From contig CAVUVW010000013.1 of the NCBI GenBank assembly GCA_963745035.1, positions 1,856,001 through 1,920,000 of the forward strand: a stretch of DNA of 64,000 bases, given 5' to 3'. Source of the stretch: an uncultured delta proteobacterium. Its GTDB lineage: Bacteria; Desulfobacterota; Binatia; UBA9968. Positions 38,866 to 48,822 of the stretch are shown here, piece after piece; position 1 is the stretch's first letter; the number at the start of each line of letters is the position of its first letter. The position numbers and the translations under genes were made by a program. A model generated the notes under the pieces. That model did not search any database. It saw only the letters and a program-made list of their open reading frames with translations, and was not told the origin of the DNA.

Positions 38866-39846
38866 ATGTCCAACAAACCTAAAATCACCTTGGGCCTGCC
38901 GGATCATCCGCGGTGTCAGGCGATCATCGACGGCAAAGTCGGCATCGAAGGCTACGAGCTGCATGTCGATCCCAATTTTGTGTCCTCTGGCGAGCGCCAT
39001 TACAAATACCTGCATGGTGCATGGGACGTCGGTGAAGTCTCGGCGGCGAGCTTGCTCCGCGCCATCGAGAAAGGACAACAGCTGCTTGCAATCCCCGTCT
39101 TTTTCGAGCGTGGGCCGCGCCAGCGCAACATCTATCATTGCGATAAGCATCTCACCCATCCATCGGAGCTGAAGGGCAAAAAGTTCGGATGCTTCCGCTA
39201 CGGCGCCACCGCGGTGGTGTGGGCGCGCGGCTATCTGCTCGACGCGCACAATATCAAGACCACCGACATGCAGTGGTTCGTTTCCGGGCGGGAAGTTTTC
39301 ATCGGCCATGACCTGCCGGTCCAAGTGCAACGCATCGATCCGCCGCCGCCCTTCGGCGGCGAGAAGCTGGTGCTTTCCAAGATGCTCAGCGAAGGCGCGC
39401 TCCACGGCGCTGTGGTTCCCGGCGACAACGGTTACGCCGGATTTTTCGGCGGCGGCGAAACGCCGCAGATGATGTCCGCCCATCCCGGCGTAAAACCGCT
39501 CTTCAACGACAATCAAGAAATTATCGATTACGTCAAAAAGACCGGCATCAATCCGATTATGCACGTGCTCTCGATTCGTCGCGAAGTCGCCGAGCGCCAT
39601 CCGGATTTGCCGGCGAAACTTACGCGCGCGTTCATGGAGGCTCGCGACGTCGCCGGCCAATACATGTCCGCCGAGGAAATCGCCGGCTATCAAAAAGAGC
39701 GCGACGTGCTGGGCGAAGATCCATATGCCTACGTTATGGGCGAAGACGAAAAGCGCACGCTCGCGGCAATGAACCGCTATCAGATCGAACAAGGGCTGAT
39801 GAAAACCACGTTACCGATGGATGAACTGTTCATCGGTCACGTTTGA
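38866..39846 (+). CDS. 4,5-dihydroxyphthalate decarboxylase-like (SBP-fold) protein
   Basis: DG.V..EG, DV.E.S, IPVF..R, LKGK..G...Y..TA.VW.RG.L, PIMH, DP.AY. Confidence 0.8.
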   Translation: MSNKPKITLGLPDHPRCQAIIDGKVGIEGYELHVDPNFVSSGERHYKYLHGAWDVGEVSAASLLRAIEKGQQLLAIPVFFERGPRQRNIYHCDKHLTHPSELKGKKFGCFRYGATAVVWARGYLLDAHNIKTTDMQWFVSGREVFIGHDLPVQVQRIDPPPPFGGEKLVLSKMLSEGALHGAVVPGDNGYAGFFGGGETPQMMSAHPGVKPLFNDNQEIIDYVKKTGINPIMHVLSIRREVAERHPDLPAKLTRAFMEARDVAGQYMSAEEIAGYQKERDVLGEDPYAYVMGEDEKRTLAAMNRYQIEQGLMKTTLPMDELFIGHV

Positions 39847-39860
39847 AAGATCAACCAACA

Positions 39861-41752
39861 ATGAAAAGTTTGTTTCCGCCACAACGCACAACTCCTCTCC
39901 CCGGCGGCTACATGGGCAAAATTCTCCGCGTCGACCTCACCACGGGCGCGTTAAAAGATGAAAACCTCCCCGAAGAGCCCATTTTGAAAAAATTCATCGG
40001 CGGCCAAGCGCTGGCGTTGTATATATTGATGAACGAATTGCCCCTCGACGCGACGCCGTTCGGTCCGGAAAACATCGTCGTCATGATGACCGGGCCGCTC
40101 ACCGGCAACGGCTTCACTCCCGGCGGCACGAAAATGACGGCCGTCTACTTGAGCCCGCTCACGAACACGACTCTCGGGTCGCGGCGCCACCAGCGGATAT
40201 TGGGGAACCTATCTCAAGGCCGCGGGCTACGACGGCGTTATTCTCCAGGGCGCTTCACCGAAGCCGGTTTATCTCTATATCAAAGACGGCAAGGCCGAGT
40301 TGCGCGACGCCGCGCAAGTCTGGGGACTCGGTACCCGCGACACCGAAGATCGCTTGCGTGAGATCGTCGGCAATCGCGACGCCAGGGTGCCTGTGCATCG
40401 GTCCCGCCGGCGAGAATATGAATCGCGCCGCCATGCTGGCGAACGACTACAACCATTTCGCCGCCCACAGCGGCGGCGCCGTGCTCGGCTCAAAAAAACT
40501 CAAGGCCATCGTCGTTGCCGGCGCGCTGCGGCCGAGCTATCGGGACAAAGCGAGACTCGCCGATGCCGGCGCGCGCTGGCGCGGCGTGCTGCAACAGCAC
40601 GACGTGAAAAAGAAGAAAACCAAATACGGCCACGGCGACGCCTGGGGCGCGCTCAATAATCTCAACTGGCGCAGCACTGACCTTCAACCCGCGCATATCA
40701 AGGGCTTCGACCAAAACGACGTCGTGCTTCGTCCCTGCTTTCAGTGCGCGCGGATGTGTCCTTGGGACGCGAAGCTCGGCGAAGGCGAATTCAAAGGCAC
40801 CGTCGTGCATTTCAACGCCGGCGGCGAATGGCTCGACACGTTTTTCAATCTCGGCATCAAGGGCAATGCCGTGCTCTACCTCGCCGAGAAGATCAATAAT
40901 TTGGGCATCGAGTGCAGCCATTTTTCCTGCGGCGCCGGAGTCGCTTTCGAAGCGTGGGAAAAGGGCCTACTCGGACCCGACCGCACGAACGGCTTGAAAC
41001 TCGAATGGGGAAACGTCGATGCGGTGGACAAACTGCTGGACATGGCGGCGCGCCGCGAAGGATGGCTCGGCAATCTTCTCGCCGAAGGGCCGAAGCAGCT
41101 CGCCGAAGCGCTCGGCGGCGACGCGCCCAAATGGGCGGTGCACACCAAAGGCGGCACGCCGGCGATGCACGAGTGGCGCCCGTTGCTGGGCCAAATGCTG
41201 CGCGAGCTCGTCGCCAGCGGCGGCATGAAACCGCAAGGCGGCGGCTCGAAAAATCCACCGCCCGACCTGCGCGAGAACGAACACTGGGGTCCGTTGGAAA
41301 TGGACAACCCCGAGGGCTGGGTCTGGTCGCACGTCCTTTCCGAGCAGTACCGGCAATTTACCGGCATCTTCGGCGGCTGCTGGTTCGCCCAGGAAAGTCA
41401 CAAAAAAGATGGCCTCAACAGCATCGTCGATGCTTTCAACGCCATCACCGGCTGGAACTTCTCGATGAAAGAAGCCCTCGACGCCGGCCACCGCAGCATG
41501 ATCCTGCAAAGTCTCTTCGGCACCCAGCGCGGCTGGATCGCCGACTTCGATTGGCAGGACGTCGGCCCACGCTTTCTGGAACCCATCCCCGACGGCAAGT
41601 ACAAAGGCTTCACCATCGCCAAATGGCTGCCGGACATGATTTGGGAATACTACCGATTATCCGGCAGGCACGAGCGAACAGGTAGACCTTTTAAAGACAC
41701 GCTTGAGAATTTGGGCTTGGAAGAATTCATGGAATGGAGCCAGCTGGACTAA
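39861..41752 (+). CDS. Aldehyde:ferredoxin oxidoreductase (WOR) family protein 1, two single-base insertions (~40177, ~40389)
   Basis: GYMGKILRVDLT, TGPLTG, K.AGYDG, IGPAGE, GAV.GSK.LKA, CFQCARMC, WG, GCWF, EYYR; 630 codons after repair. Confidence 0.88.
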
Positions 41753-41779
41753 TCAACACTCGCCACGAAGTTAAAAATC

Positions 41780-41857
41780 GTCATGCCGGCGGAGGCCGGC
41801 ATCCAGGTCAATTTTCGGCTTAAGTCACGGACTGCATTCCGCATGCGCCGGAATGAC
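41780..41857. repeat. REP-like doublet GTCAT(T/G)CC..GG(A/C)ATCCAG / CTGnATTCC..GGAATGAC
   Basis: gtcatgccggcggaggccggcatccag and ctgcattccgcatgcgccggaatgac. Confidence 0.75.
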
Positions 41858-41876
41858 AGAGGAGTGTTGTAATTGG

Positions 41877-42605
41877 TTAAGGCAACTCCTCCAACAACCG
41901 GCTCGCGCCTTTTGTCGGATTCTTGATCCGCAGCTTTTTCTGCACATACCAAACCCGCGCCGCTACCGGATGAACCACGGGGACGCCTAAATCGTTTTCC
42001 ACGGCGACAATGTCCTTCACCTGCCAGGCGCCCGAGCCGAGCAGATAGATACCTTGCGCCTTTGGATGCTTATTGAACGATGATTTGAGGTGCTGGTAGA
42101 TCGTGTCGCTGGAAATTTTGTCGGCTTCGTACGGTGTTGTATCCATGCCTTCCATGCCCAGCACCTCGAAACCGGCATCGCTGAAGTAGCGAGCGAAAAG
42201 CCCATTGAGCTTCTCGTCGTTGAAATAAGTGCAGCCGACGAATTTCTTTATCCCCAACGCGCGCAGCGCCTCGGCTTGGGACATCCCGGAAGTGAAGATT
42301 GGGATCTTGTGCTTCGCTTCCCACTCGCCAACGATCTCCTGCTCGGCCTTGTGGCCGCGCACCATGAACGGTGGCCCGCCTTCGGGATGAATCAAATCGA
42401 CGCCGATCTCGGCAAGCTCGGCAACTTTGGCGTTATACGTTTCGAGCGCACCGAGATAACCGCGCTCGGAATGTTCTCTGATGCCGGCGTACATTGGAAT
42501 GCAGCCCACGCCCTCCGGTAAAAGTCGAATGAACTCGACCAAAGAGCCGGAGCCGTAGGTCGGCTTTACGACGCCGACTGTTCCACGCCATGTTCCTGAA
42601 GACAT
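41877..42605 (-). CDS. Maleate isomerase / arylmalonate decarboxylase-like protein
   Basis: G..KP, LLPEGV, PIFTS....EALRALG, YFSDAGFEV, E.DLGVPVV; GGAGG RBS before MSSGTW. Confidence 0.75.
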   Translation of the reverse strand: MSSGTWRGTVGVVKPTYGSGSLVEFIRLLPEGVGCIPMYAGIREHSERGYLGALETYNAKVAELAEIGVDLIHPEGGPPFMVRGHKAEQEIVGEWEAKHKIPIFTSGMSQAEALRALGIKKFVGCTYFNDEKLNGLFARYFSDAGFEVLGMEGMDTTPYEADKISSDTIYQHLKSSFNKHPKAQGIYLLGSGAWQVKDIVAVENDLGVPVVHPVAARVWYVQKKLRIKNPTKGASRLLEELP

Positions 42606-42816
42606 AGGCAACCTCCTCACCGAATTTTGAACGCCACGCTTGTGCATGCTAATCGCTGCGAATCGCAAAAAACAAGAGCCGGGAAACATCTCAGAACACG
42701 TCCGTCTTTCATTCTCTATTCGCAGCTGCTTACGGTTCCACTCCAGTTGACGCGCACAAAAGCTAAATGATAAACCCACGCTGACAGATTCTGCGCGATT
42801 ATCGAAAGGACCTTGA

Positions 42817-43623
42817 ATGGCCAAGAACCCGACCGAAAACCTGACTCAACAATACGGCAACCTCGTGCCCACGGCGCGTCTCCTGGACGGCAAACCGCGC
42901 AGCATCTTGTTCGACGCAACCAAGTGCATCGGTTGCCGCCACTGTGTGCAGGCGTGCAAGGACTGGAACGAGCACGATCGCACGAGCCCCTACGAATTGT
43001 CTGCGACCAATTGGATCACCATGGAGCCGCCCGTGCTCGAAGGCATGGCGCCGCTCTGGGCGCGCAATAGCTGCATGCACTGCAGCTTTGCCGCCTGCGC
43101 CGCCGTTTGCCCGGTCGAAGCGATCACCAAATATGAAGAAGGCCCAGTCGTCATCAACAAAGATGTCTGCATCGGCTGCGAATACTGCATTCACGCCTGC
43201 CCGTGGGAAGTCATCACCAAAAACGAAATCACCGGCAAAGCCAGCAAGTGCACCATGTGCAGCGACCGCATCAGCGAGGACAAGCAGCCGTTTTGTGTTC
43301 AGGCCTGCCCAACCAATGCGCTCGATTTCGGTCTCTCGGAAGAAATCTCCGACAAAGCCAAGAAACAGGCCGAAGCCGTCGGTGGTTACACTTACGGCGA
43401 CAAGGAAGCAGGCGGCGGCAGCGTGGTCTATGTGCTCAAGGAAAGCAAAGAGAAATACGGCGTGCGCGCCATCGGCCTGGAGAAGTTTCCCAAGCACAAG
43501 ATTCCGCTCGGACTGATGCTCAAAGATCTCTTCACGCCGCGCTGCGGCGTCGCCGGAAAGATGCGGGCGCTCTGGCTGGCGATCATTCATCCGAAGCGGC
43601 TCATCTACCGATACTTTTCATAA
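42817..43623 (+). CDS. 4x[4Fe-4S] electron-transfer subunit (DmsB/FdnH-like)
   Basis: CIGCRHCVQAC, CMHC...C...CP, CIGCEYCIHACP, CTMC..CVQACP. Confidence 0.92.
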   Translation: MAKNPTENLTQQYGNLVPTARLLDGKPRSILFDATKCIGCRHCVQACKDWNEHDRTSPYELSATNWITMEPPVLEGMAPLWARNSCMHCSFAACAAVCPVEAITKYEEGPVVINKDVCIGCEYCIHACPWEVITKNEITGKASKCTMCSDRISEDKQPFCVQACPTNALDFGLSEEISDKAKKQAEAVGGYTYGDKEAGGGSVVYVLKESKEKYGVRAIGLEKFPKHKIPLGLMLKDLFTPRCGVAGKMRALWLAIIHPKRLIYRYFS

Positions 43624-43667
43624 AGCGCTGACCGTCACACAATGGACAAGCTTCGACTTCTCTTTCC

Positions 43668-43758
43668 GTCATTCCCGCGGAGGCGAGAATACAGGCTTGC
43701 TCCATCCCTCTCCTGGATTCCGGCTCGCGCCAGCTTATACCCGCTTGGCCGGAACGGC
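43668..43758. repeat. REP-like doublet (same family as 41780)
   Basis: gtcattcccgcggaggcgagaatacag and ctggattccggctcgc..ggccggaacggc. Confidence 0.7.
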
Positions 43759-43797
43759 GTCCGTGGCACCGAGCCTCCTACTGCTACTTGCGTAAGA

Positions 43798-44781
43798 ATG
43801 CAGATCGCCATCCTCGTTGCCGTCATAATCCTTTCATTCGTGCGCACCAGTGACGCCGAAAAAATCCGCACGGCGATCCCCCAGGCCAACCTCAACTATC
43901 TTTCCATCCACGTCGCCGACGGGCGAGGTTTTTTCAAGGACGAAGGGCTCGACAACGAGACGGTCGTGATCTCCGGGCCGCTCGCCACCGCCGCGCTTCT
44001 GAGCGGCGACGTCGACTTCAGCGGCGGCGGGGGCAGCGGCATGCGCGCCGCGCTCAAAGGCGCGCCGGTGAAAGGCATCTATTTTCAGACCGAAAAAGTA
44101 ACCTTCTACTTGGTCGCCGATCCGAGCATCAAGTCAGCGGCGGACTTGAAGGGCAAGCGAATCGCCGTCGGTAGCCCCGGCGATACTCAGGATCGGATCA
44201 TGGCGATGTTTGCAGAGCGCGGCGGCGTATCGGGCAGAGAGCTGATCCGCATCTCCATGGGCTCGGATACCAACACCAGGATCACGGCGATAAAAACCGG
44301 TGCAGCCCATGCGGCTGTCGTCGATCCGGGCGGGCTTGTTTTCGCGCAGAAAGAAGGGCTGGTGTCGCTGGGCTTTCTCGGTGACCTGTTCCCGATGCCG
44401 TTTCAGGGATTCGTTACCGTGGACAAAAAGATCCGCGAGCACCCCGCGCAAATCAAGCGCTGGCTGCGAGGAGCGATTCGCGGCCTCATGTTCGTCCGCG
44501 ACAGACCCGAAGAATCCGTCGATATCGGCATGAAAAAACTGCAACTCGGCAAAGCGACGCGGGCCATGGTCTTGGAAGGGACGAAAAATTACGTGCGCGC
44601 TTTGCCGCAAGGCGTACCGGGGCTTCCGACCGCGGAAGGCATCAAGAATTTCCTCGAATACGACATCAAGATCCCGATGCAGATCAAGGACGATATCCCA
44701 CCGGAACGCTTGCTGCATCTTCAACTGGTCGAGGAAGTAAGAAAAGAATTGGAAGCGGCACAAAGGAGAACGACAAAATGA
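43798..44781 (+). CDS. NMT1/THI5-like ABC substrate-binding protein
   Basis: Signal peptide MQIAILVAVIIL, GFFKDEGL, DLKGKRI. Confidence 0.85.
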   Translation: MQIAILVAVIILSFVRTSDAEKIRTAIPQANLNYLSIHVADGRGFFKDEGLDNETVVISGPLATAALLSGDVDFSGGGGSGMRAALKGAPVKGIYFQTEKVTFYLVADPSIKSAADLKGKRIAVGSPGDTQDRIMAMFAERGGVSGRELIRISMGSDTNTRITAIKTGAAHAAVVDPGGLVFAQKEGLVSLGFLGDLFPMPFQGFVTVDKKIREHPAQIKRWLRGAIRGLMFVRDRPEESVDIGMKKLQLGKATRAMVLEGTKNYVRALPQGVPGLPTAEGIKNFLEYDIKIPMQIKDDIPPERLLHLQLVEEVRKELEAAQRRTTK

Positions 44782-45506
44782 CTTCGGAAACAGATTTGCG
44801 CGAACAGCTCGCCACGTGCACGCGCATTTTCGCCATGCAGGGAATGATCGGCGTATTCGGCCACGTGAGCGCATACCAGCCCGAGACGAAAACGGTTTTC
44901 ATCACGCCTGGCATGGGCTCCGACAAAAGCACTCTGCAGCCCCAGGACATGGTGCCGACCGATCTCGATGGCAAGCCGCGAGCAGGCAAGGAAGGGCCGC
45001 CGGTGGAATGGCCGATTCACACGGCCATCCATGGCGCGCGCGCCGACGCGCTGGCCGTCGCCCACTTGCACACGCCCTACGCAACGCTGTTCACGATTGC
45101 CAAGCGTAAGTTTCAACCGGTTACGCTCCAGGGAGCGATCTTCGCCGACGGCGTGCCGCTTTATCCGGAAGCGCAGTTGATCACCAACCCGGCCCGCGGC
45201 GAGGCGCTGTTGAAAGTCATGGTTGACAAGCGTGTAGTGCTTTTGCGCGGCCACGGCATCGTGGTCGCCGGGAGAAATCTTCAGGAAGTGCTTTACAGCG
45301 CGCTCGTTCTGGAAGACGACGCCAAGAAATCATGGCAAGCAGCCGCGCTTGGCGAAGTCGGCACCCTAAGTGAAGAGGAATGCCGTGCCTTCGGCGCAGA
45401 GATCGCGCTCGAGCGCCGCGCTCAAAGAGCGTGGAATTATTTTTGTAGCCTAGAAAAGCGTTGGGATCACCAACCCTCGACGGGCAGGAGTGAACTGTTT
45501 CCGTAA
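44778..45506 (+). CDS. Class II aldolase/adducin family protein
   Basis: GHVS, E.PIH, HLH, LRGHG. Confidence 0.88.
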   Translation: MTSETDLREQLATCTRIFAMQGMIGVFGHVSAYQPETKTVFITPGMGSDKSTLQPQDMVPTDLDGKPRAGKEGPPVEWPIHTAIHGARADALAVAHLHTPYATLFTIAKRKFQPVTLQGAIFADGVPLYPEAQLITNPARGEALLKVMVDKRVVLLRGHGIVVAGRNLQEVLYSALVLEDDAKKSWQAAALGEVGTLSEEECRAFGAEIALERRAQRAWNYFCSLEKRWDHQPSTGRSELFP

Positions 45507-45519
45507 CTCAGATGATCAC

Positions 45520-45594
45520 GTTCCAATCGTTCAAGCCGTTTTGAACCTCCGGAACGGTTTGAACGGCTTGAACTTTTTGAACGTTTTGAACGGG
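45520..45594. repeat. Tandem-inverted 9-mer repeat
   Basis: gttccaatc gttcaagcc gtt then ttgaacctc cggaacggt ttgaacggc ttgaacttt ttgaacgtt ttgaacggg. Confidence 0.85.
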
Positions 45595-45611
45595 TTCGTA
45601 AGGAGAAAACC

Positions 45612-46667
45612 ATGAGCGAAAACGTCCGACTATACGGAGGCACACAGCACGGTTTGATCACGTGGCGCTCGACGAATAGCGGCTGGCAGGAGGTTGCCCG
45701 CCATTTCGAAGACGGCATCATCGACTCCATCCATGGCTGCAAAGAATCGCCGGAGCGGGTCTTCGTCGGTGTGACGCATGACGGGCTGTATCGCACGAGC
45801 GACGGCGGTATTAGTTGGGCAAAAGTGCTCGACGGCGACATCCGCTCGGTGACCGTCGATCCGACGAACGACAACGTTATCTATTCGGGAATAGAGCCGG
45901 TTGGGCTCTTTCGCAGCGAGGATGGCGGGGATAGCTGGCAAGAGATCACCGAGCTTAAAGCGCTTCCCCAATCCGTGCGTAAAAACTGGTGGTACCCACA
46001 AGCGCCGCATCACGGCCATGTACGCAATATTCACGTTCATCCCGATGATCCCAACACGCTCTATCTCTGCCTCGAACACGGCGGCATCGTGCGCAGCTTT
46101 GACCGCGGCAAAAGTTGGGAGGACGTCAGCAAGGGCATCGACTATCTCGATATTCATGTCATTGCGAATTTACCCAAGCGCAAGGATCGCTATTATGTCG
46201 CCAGCGCCCGTGGCTTTTTCACCAGCGACAAGCCGGAAGATGGCTGGGTGCGCGCGGAGAACGGTCTCACGCGCGACTACTTTCACGACTTTCTTTTCTT
46301 GCCGCCGGAGCGCGAAGGCGATCAGCCGATTATGCTCGTCGCGACCGCCGATGCTTCGCCCGGTTTTTGGCGCCGGGAAAACCGTGGCGCGCGCGCGGCG
46401 ATGTTCAAGAGCGCCGACGGCGCGCGATCGTGGACGCGCATTACGAACGGCTTGGAGGACGATCTCGATTCCATGATCTGGGCGTTGGTCCACCACCCGA
46501 CGGATCATCGCGCGCTATTTGCGGGTTTCGGCAACGTCGCGCGCGGCCATGCATCAGGAGCCGGCGGCTCCGGCGATCTGATGATCAGCCGCGACCGGGG
46601 CGAAAGCTGGGAAAGATTGGATATCGATCTGCCTGCCGATCGCGTACTCTGGGCGGCGGCGGACTAA
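45612..46667 (+). CDS. BNR/Asp-box beta-propeller protein, no signal peptide
   Basis: Five S.D.G.SW Asp-box repeats. Confidence 0.82.
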   Translation: MSENVRLYGGTQHGLITWRSTNSGWQEVARHFEDGIIDSIHGCKESPERVFVGVTHDGLYRTSDGGISWAKVLDGDIRSVTVDPTNDNVIYSGIEPVGLFRSEDGGDSWQEITELKALPQSVRKNWWYPQAPHHGHVRNIHVHPDDPNTLYLCLEHGGIVRSFDRGKSWEDVSKGIDYLDIHVIANLPKRKDRYYVASARGFFTSDKPEDGWVRAENGLTRDYFHDFLFLPPEREGDQPIMLVATADASPGFWRRENRGARAAMFKSADGARSWTRITNGLEDDLDSMIWALVHHPTDHRALFAGFGNVARGHASGAGGSGDLMISRDRGESWERLDIDLPADRVLWAAAD

Positions 46668-46686
46668 TTAGGCGCTACGCGCTTCT

Positions 46687-46770
46687 GTTCAAGCCGTTCA
46701 AACAGTTCAAATCCTTAAAAACGTTTTGAATTTCCGCAACGGCTTGAACGTTTTGAACGACTTGAAAGAA
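46687..46770. repeat. Tandem-inverted 9-mer repeat
   Basis: gttcaagcc gttcaaaca gttcaaatc cttaaaaac then ttgaatttc cgcaacggc ttgaacgtt ttgaacgac ttgaaagaa. Confidence 0.85.
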
Positions 46771-46789
46771 AAATGAGTGGAGCAGATGG

Positions 46790-48704
46790 ATGGCGACAAT
46801 AGATTCTGACTACGGCAATTTCTTCCCGATTCAAAGAAAGACCCGGCTCCCCGGCGGTTACATGGGCAAGATCCTGCGCGTTGACATGACGACGGGAAAA
46901 CTCACGGATTTGAATCTTCCCGAAGAGCCGCAGCTGCGGAAATTTTGGGGCGGCCAGCTTTTTGCCGAGTACGTGCTGCTGAATGAGCTGCCGCTCGATG
47001 TCGATCCCTATGACGCCAAGAATGTCATCGTTGGAATGACGGGCCCGGTCACAGGAACCGGTTTTACCCCCGGCGGGACCAAGATGTGTTTCGTCTATCT
47101 GAGCCCTGCTACTTACCGCACCCTCGGCCGCGGCGCCACGAGCGGCTACTTGGGCACGTCGTTCAAAGCCGCCGGCTATGACGGCGTGATCGTGACCGGC
47201 GCCGCGTCGTCACCGAAATATCTTTACATCGGCGAAGACAAAGTCGAACTGCGCGACGCGAGCAATGTTTGGGGCAAGGGCATCAGAGACACCGAAGAGG
47301 CGCTGCGCAAGGAATCGGGCCACCAGGATGCGCGTATCGGCTGCATCGGCCCCGCCGGCGAAAATTTGATTCGCGCGGCGATGCTGGTCAACGATTACAA
47401 TCACACCGCCGCCCACGGTCTTGGGCGCGGTGATGGGATCGAAGAAACTCAAAGCTTTCGTCGCCTGGGGCACCAAGCGTCCGCGGCTGCACGACAAAAC
47501 CCGGCTGATCGACGCCGGCGTGCGCTGGACGAAAGCCATCGCATCGCGAAAAACCACCGTGAAGAAACGGCTGACGAGCGTCGGTCATGGCGAGGACTGG
47601 GGCGCGATCACGAAGCTCAACTGGCGCAGCACGATCATCACCGACGAAGCGAAAGGCCTGGACCAGAACCGTGTAACCCTTCGACCCTGCTTCCAGTGCC
47701 CGCGCATGTGCCCATGGGACGTGGAGATCGGCGAAGGACAGTTCAAGGGAAAGATCGGCCATTTCAACGCCGGCAGCGAGTGGATGGACACGTTTTACAA
47801 TTTGGGATTCAAAGGCAACGACGTTCTTTATCTTTCCGAGCGCATCAACGATCTCGGCATAGAATGCAGCCACTACGCCTGCGGCGCGGGCTTGGCGTTC
47901 GAAGCCTGGGAAAAAGGCGTGCTCGGCCCCGATCGCACCGACGGACTCAAATTGGAATGGGGCAATCTCGAAGCCGTCGAAACTTTGCTGGAACGCTGCG
48001 CGCGGCGTGAAACCTGGCTCGGCAATATCCTCGCGGACGGCCCCAAAGAGCTCGCCGAAGAGCTCGGCGGCGAAGCAAAAAATTGGGTGGTGCACACGAA
48101 AGGCGGCACGCCGGCACAGCACGAGTGGCGTCCGTTGCTCAGCCAAATGCTCCGCGAACTGGTGGCAAGCGGCGGCATGAAACCGCAGGGAGCAGGCGGC
48201 ACGGAACCGCCGGCCGATTTGCGCTACCGTGAAAAATGGGGACCGCTCGATACCAAGCAGCCGGACGGCTGGACCCATTCGCATCTGATCACCGAGCAGG
48301 TTCGCCAGGCCTGCGGAATCATGGGTGCATGCTGGTTCGCGCTCAACGACAAACCGCCGGACGGCGTGCAGAGCATGCTCGACGCGCTCAATGCGACGAC
48401 GGGATGGGACGTGAGTTTGGATGAATTGGTCGATGCCGGTCACCGCGCGATCATTTTGCAAAGCCTCTTCGGCACCCAGCGCGGCTGGATCGCCGAGCAC
48501 GACTGGCAAGATGTCGGCCCGCGCTTCTTGGAGCCCATCCCGGACGGCAAATTCAAAGGGTTCACCATCGCGAAATGGCTGCCCGATTTAGTTTACGAGT
48601 ATTATCGGATCTCCGGCCGTCATGAAAAAACCGGCAGGCCGTACATGGACACGCTGCAAAAACTCGGGTTGGAAGAGTTCAAAGAGTGGAGCCAACTGGA
48701 CTGA
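46790..48704 (+). CDS. Aldehyde:ferredoxin oxidoreductase (WOR) family protein 2, one extra G near 47423
   Basis: GYMGKILRVD, AGYDG, IGPAGE, GAVMGSKKLKA, CFQCPRMC, ACWF, EYYR; 638 codons after repair; close paralog of 39861. Confidence 0.9.
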
Positions 48705-48739
48705 GCCAAATTGCAGCGGGGAAATCAATTTCACTTGCA

Positions 48740-48806
48740 GTCGTTCCCGCGAAAGCGGGAACCCAGGCTTATTCCTAACCTAGACTCCCGCTTTCGCGGG
48801 AGTGAC
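48740..48806. repeat. REP-like doublet (same family as 41780)
   Basis: gtcgttcccgcgaaagcgggaacccag and ctagactcccgctttcgcgggagtgac. Confidence 0.8.
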
Positions 48807-48822
48807 GATTCACGGAGCCGAC

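Noticed and set aside
38722-46770. CRISPR arrays
   Set aside because: Units are 9 nt with no unique spacers, the arms are inverted, and there are no cas genes.
40170-47430. Programmed frameshifting in both WOR genes
   Set aside because: The breaks fall at non-homologous positions in the two paralogs, lack slippery heptamers, and match the window-wide insertion pattern.
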